DNA from: Sporopachydermia quercuum | Taxonomy: Eukaryota | Length of the DNA: 20,000 nt | Assembly: GCA_001599295.1 (NCBI GenBank) | Contig: BCGN01000007.1 | Coordinates: forward strand, 889,288 to 909,287 | Reading direction: 5' to 3' | Shown here: piece by piece, positions 1 through 10,639 of the stretch | Layout: each line of letters starts with the position of its first letter | Position numbering within the stretch: the first letter of the stretch is position 1 | Made by a program: the position numbers and the translations under genes | The notes under the pieces: generated by a model | Databases searched by the model: none | Told to the model about the DNA's origin: nothing | What the model saw: only the letters and a program-made list of their open reading frames with translations

Positions 1-2
1 TT

Positions 3-2414
3 GAGCTTATTGATGACGATGAAGATGATATAGCGTTGGATTTGTTTAATGAAGCTAAGCAGCAAAGAAATGGAAATAATATGANAAAATCGGCTCGGAG
101 AAGCACTCGGAACAGTTCTGGGAGCAATTCGCGGGCCTCCCGAGCGTCTCGGAAACAGAGGATTGACAGTTCCGACGAAGATTATGTCGATAACGGAAAT
201 GATAGCGGCTACGAGAGTGGAGAAGATGGTGATTACGTCATTGACCTGACCAAGGAAGAAAACGGAAATCCCAGACCGAAATTGACTCGGAAATCTACAA
301 AGCCCAAGCCGAGAACTAGGAGCAAAACCGGAAACCCCGCGAAACAACGGAAATCATCCGCTAAAAGCTCCGCCGCTAAAGGACCTAAATTAACGCCCCG
401 CGAACGCAGAACTAATCGCCTCTACGAATTTCACCCGGAACTGAAAAATACGCTTGCCTCTATCACTTCCGCACCCGCCATAACCCCCACCGAAAGGCCA
501 CAGCCTGACGGCCTGTCAATTAACCTCCTGCCGTTCCAACTGGAAGGCCTCGACTGGCTCATCAAACAGGAAAATGGCCCTTACAACGGTGGCATCCTCG
601 CCGACGAAATGGGTATGGGGAAAACCATCCAGACAATCGCCCTCCTGGCGTCCGACCCNGCCAAGGCCCCAAACCTCATTATTGCCCCCACGGTGGCCCT
701 GATGCAGTGGAAAACAGAAATTGAACAGCACACCAATGGCAAATTTTCCGTCTTTCTGTTTTACGATCAGGGCAGAAAAGCCAGTGCCAAAGAACTCGCA
801 AAGCACCATATCGTGCTGACTACGTACGCCGTGCTCGAATCCTGCTTCAGGAAACAGCACACGGGGTTTAAACGGAAGAACGGTGTGCATAAGGAGAAAA
901 GCCCGTTACACCAGACGCATTTCCACCGAGTCATTCTCGACGAGGCCCACAATATCAAAGACCGGACTTGCAACACTGCTAAAGCCGCGTTCGGCTTATC
1001 TACCGAGAAAAAGCTCTGTTTGTCAGGAACCCCGCTGCAGAACCGAATCGGGGAACTGTATTCCCTTATCCGGTTCCTCCAAATCGAGCCGTTTTGCAAC
1101 TACTACTGCACCGCCTGCGACTGCGCCTCCTCCCAGTGGCTTTTCAGCGATTATTCCCATTGCGACATCTGCAACCACCGGCCTATGCAACATACAAACT
1201 ATTTCAACCATTTCATACTGAAACAGATCCAAAACGAGGGAATCGACGAGGGAAACGGCAAGGAATCGTTTGAGTATTTAAAAGGGTTGCTTTCTCATAT
1301 CATGCTGCGGAGAACGAAGCTAGAACGGGCCGACGATTTAGGACTCCCACCCCGGATCGTTGAAATCCGGAGAGATTTCTTTAACGAGGAGGAAAAAGAC
1401 CTGTACGCATCTATTTATTCTGACGTCAACCGGAGATTTAACACCTATGTTGACCAGGGTGTTGTTTTGAACAATTATGCAAATATATTCACATTAATTA
1501 CGCGGATGCGGCAGATGGCCGATCATCCGGATTTGATTTTAAAGCGAGGGCTTTTGGGTGAGCTTATGGGCAATGGGCATAGCGGAAGTAATGGCGGAAG
1601 CGGGGCCGGAAATAATACTGTGTGTAATCTGTGCGACGACCAAGCGGAAGACGCCATTGAGTCTAAATGTCATCACATGTTCTGCCGATTGTGTATTCGG
1701 GAGTACATGGAAAGCTTCGACGGCAAGGAGAACGAACTGGAATGTCCCGTCTGCCATATCGGCCTGAGCATCGATTTGAGTGCCCCTGCCATAAACGGTG
1801 ACTACGGCGATGGCAACGGAATTGGAAACGGCAACGGCAACGGCAACGGCAACTCAATCCTCAGTAAAATCCAGATGGACCAATGGAAAAGCTCCACCAA
1901 AATCGAAGCTTTGGTCGAAGAATTGTACAATTTACGCAGCGACCGCCAAACCATTAAATCCATCGTTTTCTCCCAATTCACGTCTATGCTCGATTTGATC
2001 CAATGGCGGCTCAACAGGGCTGGATTCCAGACGGTCAAACTACAGGGAAATATGTCTCCAGTGCAACGGGACAACACAATTAAGTACTTCATGAATAATC
2101 CCCAAGTAGAAGTGTTTTTGGTGTCCCTCAAAGCGGGCGGGGTAGCGTTGAATTTATGTGAAGCGTCTCAGGTGTTTATTATGGATCCGTGGTGGAATCC
2201 GAGTGTTGAATGGCAAAGCGGAGACCGGGTTCATCGGATCGGGCAGCACCGACCGGTTAAAATTACCCGGTTTTGTATAGAGGATAGCATTGAGTCTCGG
2301 ATCATCGAGCTGCAGTATAAGAAAGCGGATATGATCCATGCTACGATCGGGGCAGACGAAAGCGCGATCAACCGGCTTACTCCGGCCGATTTGCAGTTTT
2401 TGTTCATGAATTAG
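3..2414 (+). CDS. RAD16: Rad16 SNF2-family ATPase / RING ubiquitin ligase of global-genome nucleotide excision repair (5'-truncated)
   Basis: Motifs [22 protein letters not shown] (Walker A), [14 protein letters not shown], a C3HC4 RING ([17 protein letters not shown]) between the helicase lobes, [25 protein letters not shown] and the C-terminal [10 protein letters not shown]. The frame is open from base 3 ([11 protein letters not shown]), so the TTG at 36 is not the true start. Adjacent to LYS2 as in S. cerevisiae. Confidence 0.97.
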   Translation, partial: ELIDDDEDDIALDLFNEAKQQRNGNNMXKSARRSTRNSSGSNSRASRASRKQRIDSSDEDYVDNGNDSGYESGEDGDYVIDLTKEENGNPRPKLTRKSTKPKPRTRSKTGNPAKQRKSSAKSSAAKGPKLTPRERRTNRLYEFHPELKNTLASITSAPAITPTERPQPDGLSINLLPFQLEGLDWLIKQENGPYNGGILADEMGMGKTIQTIALLASDXAKAPNLIIAPTVALMQWKTEIEQHTNGKFSVFLFYDQGRKASAKELAKHHIVLTTYAVLESCFRKQHTGFKRKNGVHKEKSPLHQTHFHRVILDEAHNIKDRTCNTAKAAFGLSTEKKLCLSGTPLQNRIGELYSLIRFLQIEPFCNYYCTACDCASSQWLFSDYSHCDICNHRPMQHTNYFNHFILKQIQNEGIDEGNGKESFEYLKGLLSHIMLRRTKLERADDLGLPPRIVEIRRDFFNEEEKDLYASIYSDVNRRFNTYVDQGVVLNNYANIFTLITRMRQMADHPDLILKRGLLGELMGNGHSGSNGGSGAGNNTVCNLCDDQAEDAIESKCHHMFCRLCIREYMESFDGKENELECPVCHIGLSIDLSAPAINGDYGDGNGIGNGNGNGNGNSILSKIQMDQWKSSTKIEALVEELYNLRSDRQTIKSIVFSQFTSMLDLIQWRLNRAGFQTVKLQGNMSPVQRDNTIKYFMNNPQVEVFLVSLKAGGVALNLCEASQVFIMDPWWNPSVEWQSGDRVHRIGQHRPVKITRFCIEDSIESRIIELQYKKADMIHATIGADESAINRLTPADLQFLFMN
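1812..1853 (+). repeat. Coding GGCAAC repeat (Gly-Asn tract) after the Rad16 RING
   Basis: Four perfect GGCAAC copies at 1830-1853 plus degenerate copies upstream, encoding [14 protein letters not shown]. Confidence 0.85.
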
Positions 2415-3774
2415 CGAAAATTGCGAAACAGCGATGCGGAGAAGCGGAGAAGATGGAAATATGGTTTTAGCGAGAACTGATTCCGGAAAACATGTGGAGA
2501 TGAGTTGGAATAAATTGGAATCAATGGCGTTTAATGGGGATGCTCCGCTAAGGAATAGACAGAAAATATCCTTTCGCTTAGAAAATTAACCCGAAGACCG
2601 GTNCGAAAGCCGGATCTTTAAATCTATCCGGGAACAACACAGTATTATCCACTATCCATTTGGATGATATCTCGGCTAAGTTACTGGNTTTGCATATACT
2701 TAATACCTTTTCTATTTGCTGTTTTTTTTGTTTTTTTGTTAATTGCTTTACTAGAAAATACTAAATAGTAATTATAAAGAATANTATTGTTATATGAACA
2801 TTAAATGAACGAGTTCTTTCTCTTGGATTGCCGGTATTTTTCGGTTAGGAATAGAATCGACACGATCCGATCCGACCGAAGCTGAATCCAAGCATTTTAT
2901 GTCAATTGGGACGACGGAATAATTAAACGAAAAATGATATCGGGTTGGATTCAAGTAATTCTGGAAATAATAACGGCCTATTGAGTTCCGGGAGTAGAAG
3001 AGATTGTAGTTTATGTTTACGTAATGTTTTATTATTGGAAGATATTTCGGAAATAATGCATATCTACTCTCAAACTTCAAACAGAATGGAATTTGTTGCA
3101 TTCTGCTGAATCTCAATTTATACTTTTATATGAGTTGCATAATACTTGATTGCTTCTTTTTTTGGGTTTTAATTATAAGTTTCGGCTTGAATTTTGGCTT
3201 AATTCAGTTACTTCTTNCTATTGGCTTTATACAGGTATTGTCTCCGATATTTCCACATTTCTCCATTATTTTTGTTGTGAATATTTCCTGATTTGGGACA
3301 CAACCCAGTTCACTTTTCCCTTAATTTTCGGGTCGTTTCCACCTTTTCCTCTGGGTCATTGCCCCATAATGCTCCATATTACTGCTCTTATCATCTTATG
3401 GTTCTTATCGTTTTTTTAATAATTTTAAGAGAATCAACTGCTAAAACTCAACGGAAGAATCAATCTCAATTTGCAAGGTTGCTGTCCATTTATTACTTTT
3501 TGGAGCGTGAATTGACATCTCGCATATCATATAAGAATAATCGAAATACATCAACAAGATATCAATCACCAGTAAAGCTGCACAGTGTCTTTCTGTCAAG
3601 CTATAGATATGTATTCTGTATATCAGCTAGTGGTTATATCGAAGATATTCTGCATTCCATTCCTAGAATAATCCAAGCATAATTATTAACAATTCACCTA
3701 CAAATCTCTGGGTTTATAAGTCTAACGTTTATTCAATTCTGTCTAATATTTCTTTCTTTCCTTCCAATCCTAAT

Positions 3775-6700
3775 TTAATTCTTTCCTCCTCTACCACCAA
3801 TTCCTTTCTCTAATACTTCAATTGCTTCTTGAGAAACTTCTACAGCTGGAAACTTCAATTCTCCTTCTTGTAAAGGTTTATCCAAGAAGCCAATTGCTAT
3901 CAAATAGCTCAAATAAACACCCAGAGTTTTCTCATCAACTCCTCGGCCTTTGCTCAAGTCAACTCCTGTCCATTTCTCATCGGCCTTCAAACATTCTCGT
4001 GCATTAGAATCATCTAATTCTGGGGCTTTAGTGTTCTGGGGTAAATCGTCTAGTACAAAATGCAATAACGGATATAATGCGTTATCTTTAGCTTCCACCA
4101 TAACGTATTTCTCCAGGGCAATTCGCCACGGAATATAATCGGTAATCTCGGCATTATAGCCGTATTTGCTTAAAGAGCCGAAGAACTCATTGAATCTCTG
4201 TCTCGGGTGAGACGTCACGTGCACAACAGATAAATTGCTGTCTTTTACAACCGAAGGCGCATTGAACGCACTAGCAGTGACAATTCTTGCCACGTGATCA
4301 ACCGGGACCATATTAATACTATTATATATATCCGGAACCTTTCCTAATTGCACACAGCCTTTCATCATCCGGACAATATAATCATCAGTATTTGAATAAC
4401 CGTTATAACTATCACCAGTGACATAGCCGGGTCGAACAATAGAGCCTTTTAAGCCCCGTTTGCCGGCCTCACGGAGAATATGCTCGGCAGCCCATTTGGA
4501 CTGTCCGTAGCCGGTAGGAAGTCCCGATTTGGATTTGAGCAAATCGTCACTTTCGGGGATTCCAGGCTTACCCTGNGACACCAAAAGGTCGGAGTATTCA
4601 ATGAATTCATTGCTATCGACTGTCGAAGTAGTGGAAACAAAAGAATAGTATTTTGGCTTGCCAACCGCGCACAGGTCAATCAAGTTAACGGTTCCAATGA
4701 CATTGGGGCCCCGCAATCTACTGTACGGATAAATCCAATGGACCAAAGCTCCATTATGGATAATAATGTCGATTTGGTCGGCCAAATGGTTGAAATCGGC
4801 ATCGGAAAGCCCGAAATGCGGCTGTTCCAGATCTCCCACAAATGCAGTGATAGCATCGGCAAAACTGTCTTTCCAGCACCCGTAGCCGATGGAAGAGTTC
4901 TTAATTCTCTGGAATCCGCTTTCGGCGTCTTTCGCCCGAACATGGGCTACAATTCTTATTTGAGAACTATCTCCGCGGCTTAAAAGGTCTTTGAGGATAA
5001 AAGACCCAAGAAATCCGGTGGCCCCGGTCAGGAAGACTGTAATTGGGTCATTCACACTGAACGGAGCGTCACGTGAAGGATATTTCTCCTGTAACCGCGC
5101 GGAAATAAGCTTTTGGGCGTCGCCATAGTAATCGGGCACATTATTTCCACTATCGGTACTATCATCTCCGGACTCCTCAGACTTGGCAACCCCATCTCCG
5201 GAATTGTCCACTAAATCATCATCAGACACTTTTTCAACTTCTCTAGCAAACGCTTTGATTGTCGGGTACTTGAAAATAGTCCCCAAAGGTAAATCGATCG
5301 CCATTTTGTTCCGAAGCTCGAAAATCATTCGGGTAGCTAAAATACTGTGCCCTCCGAGGTCAAAGAAATTGTCTGCGGGTGAACCAATAACCGGACGAGT
5401 AGGCAGAATATCCAGCCACAAATCGCGGATTTTGGCTTCCATTTCACTGAATTCCGCTTCCGATTCGCTTTTCCGGGTCAATTTAGCCACTAGGGACAAC
5501 TGAACTGTATCCGGGAACGGCAACGCGGGCTTATCCACTTTTCCGTTCGGATTCAAAGGCATTTTCGTCAGCGGAACTATAACTGTCGGAATCGCATAGG
5601 AAGAAAGTCTCTTTTTAAGGAAATCCCGGATATCTTTGATCAGATTCTGATGCTTCACAAGTCCTTTAACTAACGGATCTGCAGGGGCGTCCGGGTCAGC
5701 AGTAGAAGGACCCGGGTCCTTCGGAACAATATAAGATATCAAAACTGGCTCTTCGTCCTTATCTCTGCGCACCAAAGTAACGTTTTCTCTAACCATTGGA
5801 TGCTGGCTCAAGTGAGTATCGATTTCCCCGAGCTCGATTCTGAAACCCCGGATTTTCACTTGATCGTCAGCCCGGCCACAACATTCAGTGTTCCCGTCCG
5901 GAAGATACCGACCCAAATCTCCAGTTCTATAAAGCCGATCCCGAATTCCAAACCAGTATTTTTTCCATGCTTCAACCGGAGTTTTGGTGATTGTCGGGTT
6001 GTTTCCCGCGGAATCATCCACGTCATCTTTCCATTCCGAATCCGCAGTATACCAATTATTCACGAACTTCTTCGCTGTAAGCTCGGGAAGCTTCAAATAG
6101 CCCTCGGCAAGGCCGCCCGCCCGCACGTAAATCTCCCCAACTTCCCCCACCGCGCAGGATTGACTGGTATCGTGCCGGTTCACAATAATTAACTGAACGT
6201 CTAACATTCCTTTTCCTGCAGGAATAATATCCTTCTGAGAGTCCAGGAAAGACGGATCAGCACTTCGGGGCGGAATCAGGAAATAGGAAACCGATCTCTG
6301 AGTTTCCGTAGTGCCGTACATGTTCACAATACTACAATTATTAGCTAATCCTTGTAATCGGACGCAGTCTCGCTTGGTGAGAATATCCCCCACGAAAAAA
6401 GCATGGTGGAGATGGGAAATCTTGTGCGAAGCTTGCGCCGAAAGCAGTTGTCCCATTGCCGGTGTCAAATGCGTAACGGTAGCTTTATGTTCATCCATCC
6501 ATTCGGCAAGTCTTCCGGGAGTTCCGATATCGTCACTGGTGGGCACCAATAGCTGTGCCCCGAGAAATAGCGGAGTGAAAATGTCCCNTTGAATAGGATC
6601 ATGGGCAATTCCGCTAAGCATTGTGAATCTATCCTCGCTCGAAAGGTTGAATTCTTGAGACATCCAAGGGAAATAATAGGTGAGGGAGAAATGTCGACCT

Positions 6701-8088
6701 TTAACGCCTTTCGGAATGCCCTCGGAGCCGGAAGTGAAGGATAAGGTAGGATTGGCGTCTGGGCCGACAATCACACCAGTAGGAGTTGATTTGCGCGAGT
6801 AAAAAGACTGTAAAGGGTTTTCCGTAGTTCCCGAACTAGAACCAAAACTGGTAATTGTGCCGTCGTCTGCTAATTCCAAGCCGTCAATTCGGGCCAAAAG
6901 TTCCAATTCCTTGGAAATGTACTCCTCGACTAAGCCATCGATTATTCCGGCTTTCTTAATCACTATTAAGGCCTTAGGACGTGCTACCGATAAATAAATA
7001 TTCTGTCGGGCCGGCGGATAAGCAGGATCAATAACCGAGAAAGTTGCCCCGGCTTTTAAAACTCCCATCACAGCTACCACCAAATCGACGCCTCTGTAAG
7101 CGTAAATCATAACCACATCACCGATTTTGATACCCTGGTTAATCAAATAATGAGCTACAACATTGCTGCTTTCGTCAATCTGTCGGTAGGTGAAAACACG
7201 GTCTTTACCGGCGGGAGAATCCGGAGCAGCTAAAAAGCTCCCGGTTTCAACCACACAGCATCTTTCCGGGTGTTTTGACGCATTCAATTGGAAAATATCC
7301 TGAATTGAACCACGATATTGATTCCAGTGCAAATCAGTGGTAGGATCAGGCAAAACTGAAGCTTGAGAAGGGGTAATCAACTGGATTTTACTGATTTCAA
7401 TACTGCTATCAATAGAGGCAATTCTCACGGCTCGGCATAATTGGTCGGCAAAAATATTGATTCTCTCCCTTTTGAATAACAGCGAATTATAGTATATTTT
7501 CAGCTGGTTTGTCGATTCGTTNAAATAAATCAATAAATCGCGAATAGAGCCCGTATACGATGATTTAAGATAACTACCAGAGCCGGTGCTGGAAGAGGAA
7601 TCATGTAAATCGTGTTGGAAGGAAACCCGGAAAATAACTGGAGATTCCGAGGTATTTTCCTTGTTTTGGATGAATTTGATCACTTCATGCAAAGGTTCAG
7701 CCTTTGCTGAATTATTGGTGAATTGATCGTCAATTAATGTCAATAAATGGCCAAAAGATGTCGCGCCATTGAGAGATAATCTTACAATGAAAGGTTTATC
7801 ATTTCCGTTATCGGTAGCAATGATGATATCTTCATCTCCGGTCAATCTGAAGATTAAAAGGGCTAAAGCCGATAAATAAATAGTGAACGGGTTTATATGA
7901 GATAAACCGGTGAATCGAGCTTGAGAGGCAATTTTGGTGCACCAGGAAGAATAATCAGCCGGTAAATCGTATTGGAGCGTTGATTCTACAGATTTGTTAT
8001 TGGTAGGCCTGTTAAAATCGTGGGGCAGCACGGACAACGTTGGAGATTTGAGAAATCTGGCCCAAAATTCGAGGTTTTCGTTGCTCAT
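3775..8088 (-). CDS. LYS2: L-2-aminoadipate reductase large subunit (NRPS-like adenylation-PCP-reductase)
   Basis: 1437-aa ORF. Adenylation motifs [55 protein letters not shown]; phosphopantetheine site FFDLGGHSI; reductase NAD-binding [10 protein letters not shown] and GYGQSKW. Confidence 0.98.
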   Translation of the reverse strand: MSNENLEFWARFLKSPTLSVLPHDFNRPTNNKSVESTLQYDLPADYSSWCTKIASQARFTGLSHINPFTIYLSALALLIFRLTGDEDIIIATDNGNDKPFIVRLSLNGATSFGHLLTLIDDQFTNNSAKAEPLHEVIKFIQNKENTSESPVIFRVSFQHDLHDSSSSTGSGSYLKSSYTGSIRDLLIYXNESTNQLKIYYNSLLFKRERINIFADQLCRAVRIASIDSSIEISKIQLITPSQASVLPDPTTDLHWNQYRGSIQDIFQLNASKHPERCCVVETGSFLAAPDSPAGKDRVFTYRQIDESSNVVAHYLINQGIKIGDVVMIYAYRGVDLVVAVMGVLKAGATFSVIDPAYPPARQNIYLSVARPKALIVIKKAGIIDGLVEEYISKELELLARIDGLELADDGTITSFGSSSGTTENPLQSFYSRKSTPTGVIVGPDANPTLSFTSGSEGIPKGVKGRHFSLTYYFPWMSQEFNLSSEDRFTMLSGIAHDPIQXDIFTPLFLGAQLLVPTSDDIGTPGRLAEWMDEHKATVTHLTPAMGQLLSAQASHKISHLHHAFFVGDILTKRDCVRLQGLANNCSIVNMYGTTETQRSVSYFLIPPRSADPSFLDSQKDIIPAGKGMLDVQLIIVNRHDTSQSCAVGEVGEIYVRAGGLAEGYLKLPELTAKKFVNNWYTADSEWKDDVDDSAGNNPTITKTPVEAWKKYWFGIRDRLYRTGDLGRYLPDGNTECCGRADDQVKIRGFRIELGEIDTHLSQHPMVRENVTLVRRDKDEEPVLISYIVPKDPGPSTADPDAPADPLVKGLVKHQNLIKDIRDFLKKRLSSYAIPTVIVPLTKMPLNPNGKVDKPALPFPDTVQLSLVAKLTRKSESEAEFSEMEAKIRDLWLDILPTRPVIGSPADNFFDLGGHSILATRMIFELRNKMAIDLPLGTIFKYPTIKAFAREVEKVSDDDLVDNSGDGVAKSEESGDDSTDSGNNVPDYYGDAQKLISARLQEKYPSRDAPFSVNDPITVFLTGATGFLGSFILKDLLSRGDSSQIRIVAHVRAKDAESGFQRIKNSSIGYGCWKDSFADAITAFVGDLEQPHFGLSDADFNHLADQIDIIIHNGALVHWIYPYSRLRGPNVIGTVNLIDLCAVGKPKYYSFVSTTSTVDSNEFIEYSDLLVXQGKPGIPESDDLLKSKSGLPTGYGQSKWAAEHILREAGKRGLKGSIVRPGYVTGDSYNGYSNTDDYIVRMMKGCVQLGKVPDIYNSINMVPVDHVARIVTASAFNAPSVVKDSNLSVVHVTSHPRQRFNEFFGSLSKYGYNAEITDYIPWRIALEKYVMVEAKDNALYPLLHFVLDDLPQNTKAPELDDSNARECLKADEKWTGVDLSKGRGVDEKTLGVYLSYLIAIGFLDKPLQEGELKFPAVEVSQEAIEVLEKGIGGRGGKN

Positions 8089-8564
8089 CGTTGATTTGAT
8101 TTATTGGAATTTGTTGGGCTTTAGAATGGATGTTCTATACTCAAATATCGATATCTAAGCCGAGAATTGAACCAATAATGATGATATAGGAGATAATGGA
8201 TAGGGGAAGCACGATAGGAAAACCGGAATAGATCTAGAAGGGAGGAACTATAGAACTACACCCTAAAGCATATATCGAATAAGATTTCCACTAATGGAAA
8301 GGTCGGCTGGATAGATTCCAAAGTGTTGTTAATAAAAGCTTAGAAAAAGGAAAATGAAAGAGGATGAAAATAGGGTGGATTGATATGTGAAAGAAGCAAT
8401 CAATTGTTTTCATTGGAGAGGAAGAAAACCGTAAAAGTTTTCACTTCGGGGATGGAAATTTCGGAGAAGATGACTAACATGGGGATTATAGTTTCCGGAA
8501 TTTGAGTCCGAGTTCAGTAATTCAACGGGGAAAAATTACCCGGGGGAGAGGGGAATTGCCCAGA

Positions 8565-8609
8565 GAATGCAGGTGAATGCAGGTGAATGCAGGTGAGTTC
8601 AGGTGAATG
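8565..8609. repeat. 10-bp tandem repeat (GAATGCAGGT, ~4.5 copies) in the LYS2 upstream region
   Basis: gaatgcaggt gaatgcaggt gaatgcaggt gagttcaggt gaatg read directly. Confidence 0.85.
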
Positions 8610-8615
8610 AGTCAG
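8607..8615 (-). promoter_or_regulatory. Gcn4/AP-1-type element upstream of LYS2
   Basis: ATGAGTCAG (TGASTCA core) ~520 bp upstream of the LYS2 ATG, with a second GAGTCA at 8615-8620 and TGACTAA at 8471-8477. LYS2 is an established Gcn4 target in yeasts. Confidence 0.6.
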
Positions 8616-9397
8616 AGTCAGAATGACAGAGAAGTAGGAAGATAATTTATTAATTAAGCAACTGGAGAAATTGGTCACTTATGGAGGATCGGGGTTAAAT
8701 TCGGGGCTGAATTCAGTGAAACTTCTTATGTAACGTAAAATTGTACTGGAAAAGGGGCATCCTGATACGCTTAGAATGCATAGAATTGCGTAGGTAGTAA
8801 TTGGAAAGAAAAAAAAGTAAATTACTTGCAACTATTGGATGCGTCAAAAATATAAAATCAATTTCAAACAAACATCCATATTAACAAAGTTAAATAGTGT
8901 TCTACCAATGCTTCTATTCATTTATTCCAAAGCTCAATAGGACTAATACTGAGAAATGTGCACAATTATGCATAGAATTTTAGCTTTTCTTTATTTCCCC
9001 ACCTTAACATTTAAAGTTTACGCATAATATTGCAGTCGTATGCGCAATCATTCAACTTTAATTACCATCTGCGCTTATTAAAAACATATTCTACGTTATC
9101 TTCAGTTTAAAAACTTCAATCTAATCATTATTCAGCCTCATAAAGACTCATCTTCATTCCTTATAAATTCCACTACTTCTTCTATCAGGAAATATCATTA
9201 AACTACTTCCTTTATCTTCATCTCAAATACCCAGTACAGTTCTGTAGCCTTNGAACTGTACCGATTCAGCTTGGAATTCCAATTATGAATCCTTTCGTGC
9301 ATAAGTGGTCAAATATTCAACTTATAACATAACACCTCTGGAGCAATAAAAAGGTATCACATCCATTGCCCCATTTCCTTATGATTACCATACCAAA

Positions 9398-10158
9398 CTA
9401 TTTATTCAATTCATTGAGGAAAACATCAGTGAAATGAGTCAATTGCTTGAAATTCTCTTGAAATCCATTGATTCCTCCATAATAAGGATCAAAAACAACT
9501 CTATCAATAGAACTATCTGTTCTGTATGCTCCAAGCAAATTAATGATTGCTTTACTATCTTTTGGCTGGATATGTCGTAATTCTTTCAAGTGTCCTCTAT
9601 CCTATAAACTCTCAGTCAGCATTTAGTTTTACCCTGAGCTTATGAATAGTAATAGTAATGATAATAGACAGACAGAAAGGTTTACTTACCATTGCAAATA
9701 TGTAATCGAATTTAGAGAAATCCCTTGATGCTATTTGTTGTGCATAATGATTTATCTTCACGCCATTATTCAGACATGTTTGAATAGATCTTCTGTCTGA
9801 TAGTTCTCCAATATGATATCCGTGTGTTCCGTAGGAATCAATAATATCAAATCGATCTTGCAGTCCTCTCTTTTCAACTTCATGTCTAAATATTGCCCTG
9901 AATTAACTTGTGAGTAATTTGATTGACTGATCATAACTATTTGTGCACACATTCTCCATAGTCGGTAGTGGAGTATAATCAATTGCTGGAGAAGCAACAA
10001 CAAATTAGCAAAGACTTACTCTGCCATTGGAGATCGGCAACTAGGAGAATAGCAGTTAGAATATGGAGAGTTTGAAATCACTCAATCAGTTGATACCAGA
10101 ACAAAGCATACATATTGCCTGTGCAGACGAATGCAACTGAGAGCTTCTCGTTGGTCAT
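9398..10158 (-). CDS. LTP1: Low-molecular-weight protein tyrosine phosphatase, 159 aa, 4 exons: 10158-10112, 10040-10020, 9897-9690, 9601-9398
   Basis: Splicing three GT..AG introns (10111-10041 GTATGC..TAG; 10019-9898 GTAAGT..CAG; 9689-9602 GTAAGT..TAG) gives a 480-nt stop-free CDS: MTNEKLSVAFVCTGNICRSPMAEAIFRHEVEKRGLQDRFDIIDSYGTHGYHIGELSDRRSIQTC...FDYIFAMD...DPYYGG...NFKQLTHF...ELNK*. It has the CX5RS P-loop and the DPYY acid loop and closely follows yeast Ltp1. Confidence 0.95.
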
Positions 10159-10167
10159 TTTGCAAAG

Positions 10168-10278
10168 CTAGCGTTAAGAATAGAAAGAGCAGAATAAAAG
10201 CAGTCGATTTTAGTGATACTGATTACTTTCATGGCCAGAATCTTGATTGATTGGTAGAGTCAAGGGCTGTTTACTTAC
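10168..10278 (-). other. Candidate upstream (5'UTR or N-terminal extension) intron of LTP1
   Basis: Minus strand GTAAGT at 10278 and CTTAAC-GC-TAG ending at 10168, 9 nt before the LTP1 ATG. Confidence 0.55.
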
Positions 10279-10371
10279 TTGACAAATGAATATCTTGTGT
10301 TTCAGAGAGTCTTGNATGCTGAAATTACGGAAAGGATGTAAGACAATAGGGAAAATGAAAGAGGAACTCTC

Positions 10372-10385
10372 TATCACGTGATCAC
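10372..10385. promoter_or_regulatory. Palindromic E-box ATCACGTGAT (Cbf1/Tye7-type bHLH site) in the divergent LTP1 / MULE-relic intergenic region
   Basis: Perfect 10-bp palindrome at 10373-10382 matching RTCACGTG on both strands, overlapped by a GTGATCAC palindrome. Confidence 0.5.
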
Positions 10386-10639
10386 TTATTACCTCCCAAC
10401 ATATTGTTCACTTCAAACCCATTTGTGCTCGCTCCTTACCTCTTATTTTATCAATATCAATTACCATTTATTCCATATATTGCTGCCAATATTCATTATT
10501 TGTCTTCAGAGGGTATTAATATCCTTCTGTAAAGCACTGTTTACTGTTTAGTTTAATGCATCAATTATATCAGAACTACACAATTCATCGTTGACATAGT
10601 GATTTATTATATTGTAGAAAGCACTTATTTTACTCATAA

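Noticed and set aside
2790..3682. ORFs of 89-129 aa between RAD16 and LYS2
   Set aside because: No recognisable domain, TTG starts and AT-rich composition. A highly decayed gene or element cannot be excluded but is unsupported.
516..6770. Numerous antisense and alternate-frame ORFs overlapping RAD16 and LYS2
   Set aside because: Shadow ORFs of long coding genes with no independent motifs.
9234..9261. 9-bp inverted repeat GTACAGTTC..GAACTGTAC and a kinase-like FIAPEVL peptide downstream of LTP1
   Set aside because: A short isolated stem and a peptide lacking any other kinase motif; consistent with chance.
9986..10019. 34-nt mini-intron (GTAAGT..GCTAAT..CAG) inside LTP1 intron 2
   Set aside because: Using the acceptor at 9986 gives an immediate stop (GAC AAT TGA); the acceptor at 9898 restores the conserved protein.
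10373..10500. Point centromere (CDEI RTCACRTG at 10373 or 15812)
   Set aside because: No very AT-rich CDEII followed by a recognisable CCG-containing CDEIII at the expected spacing.
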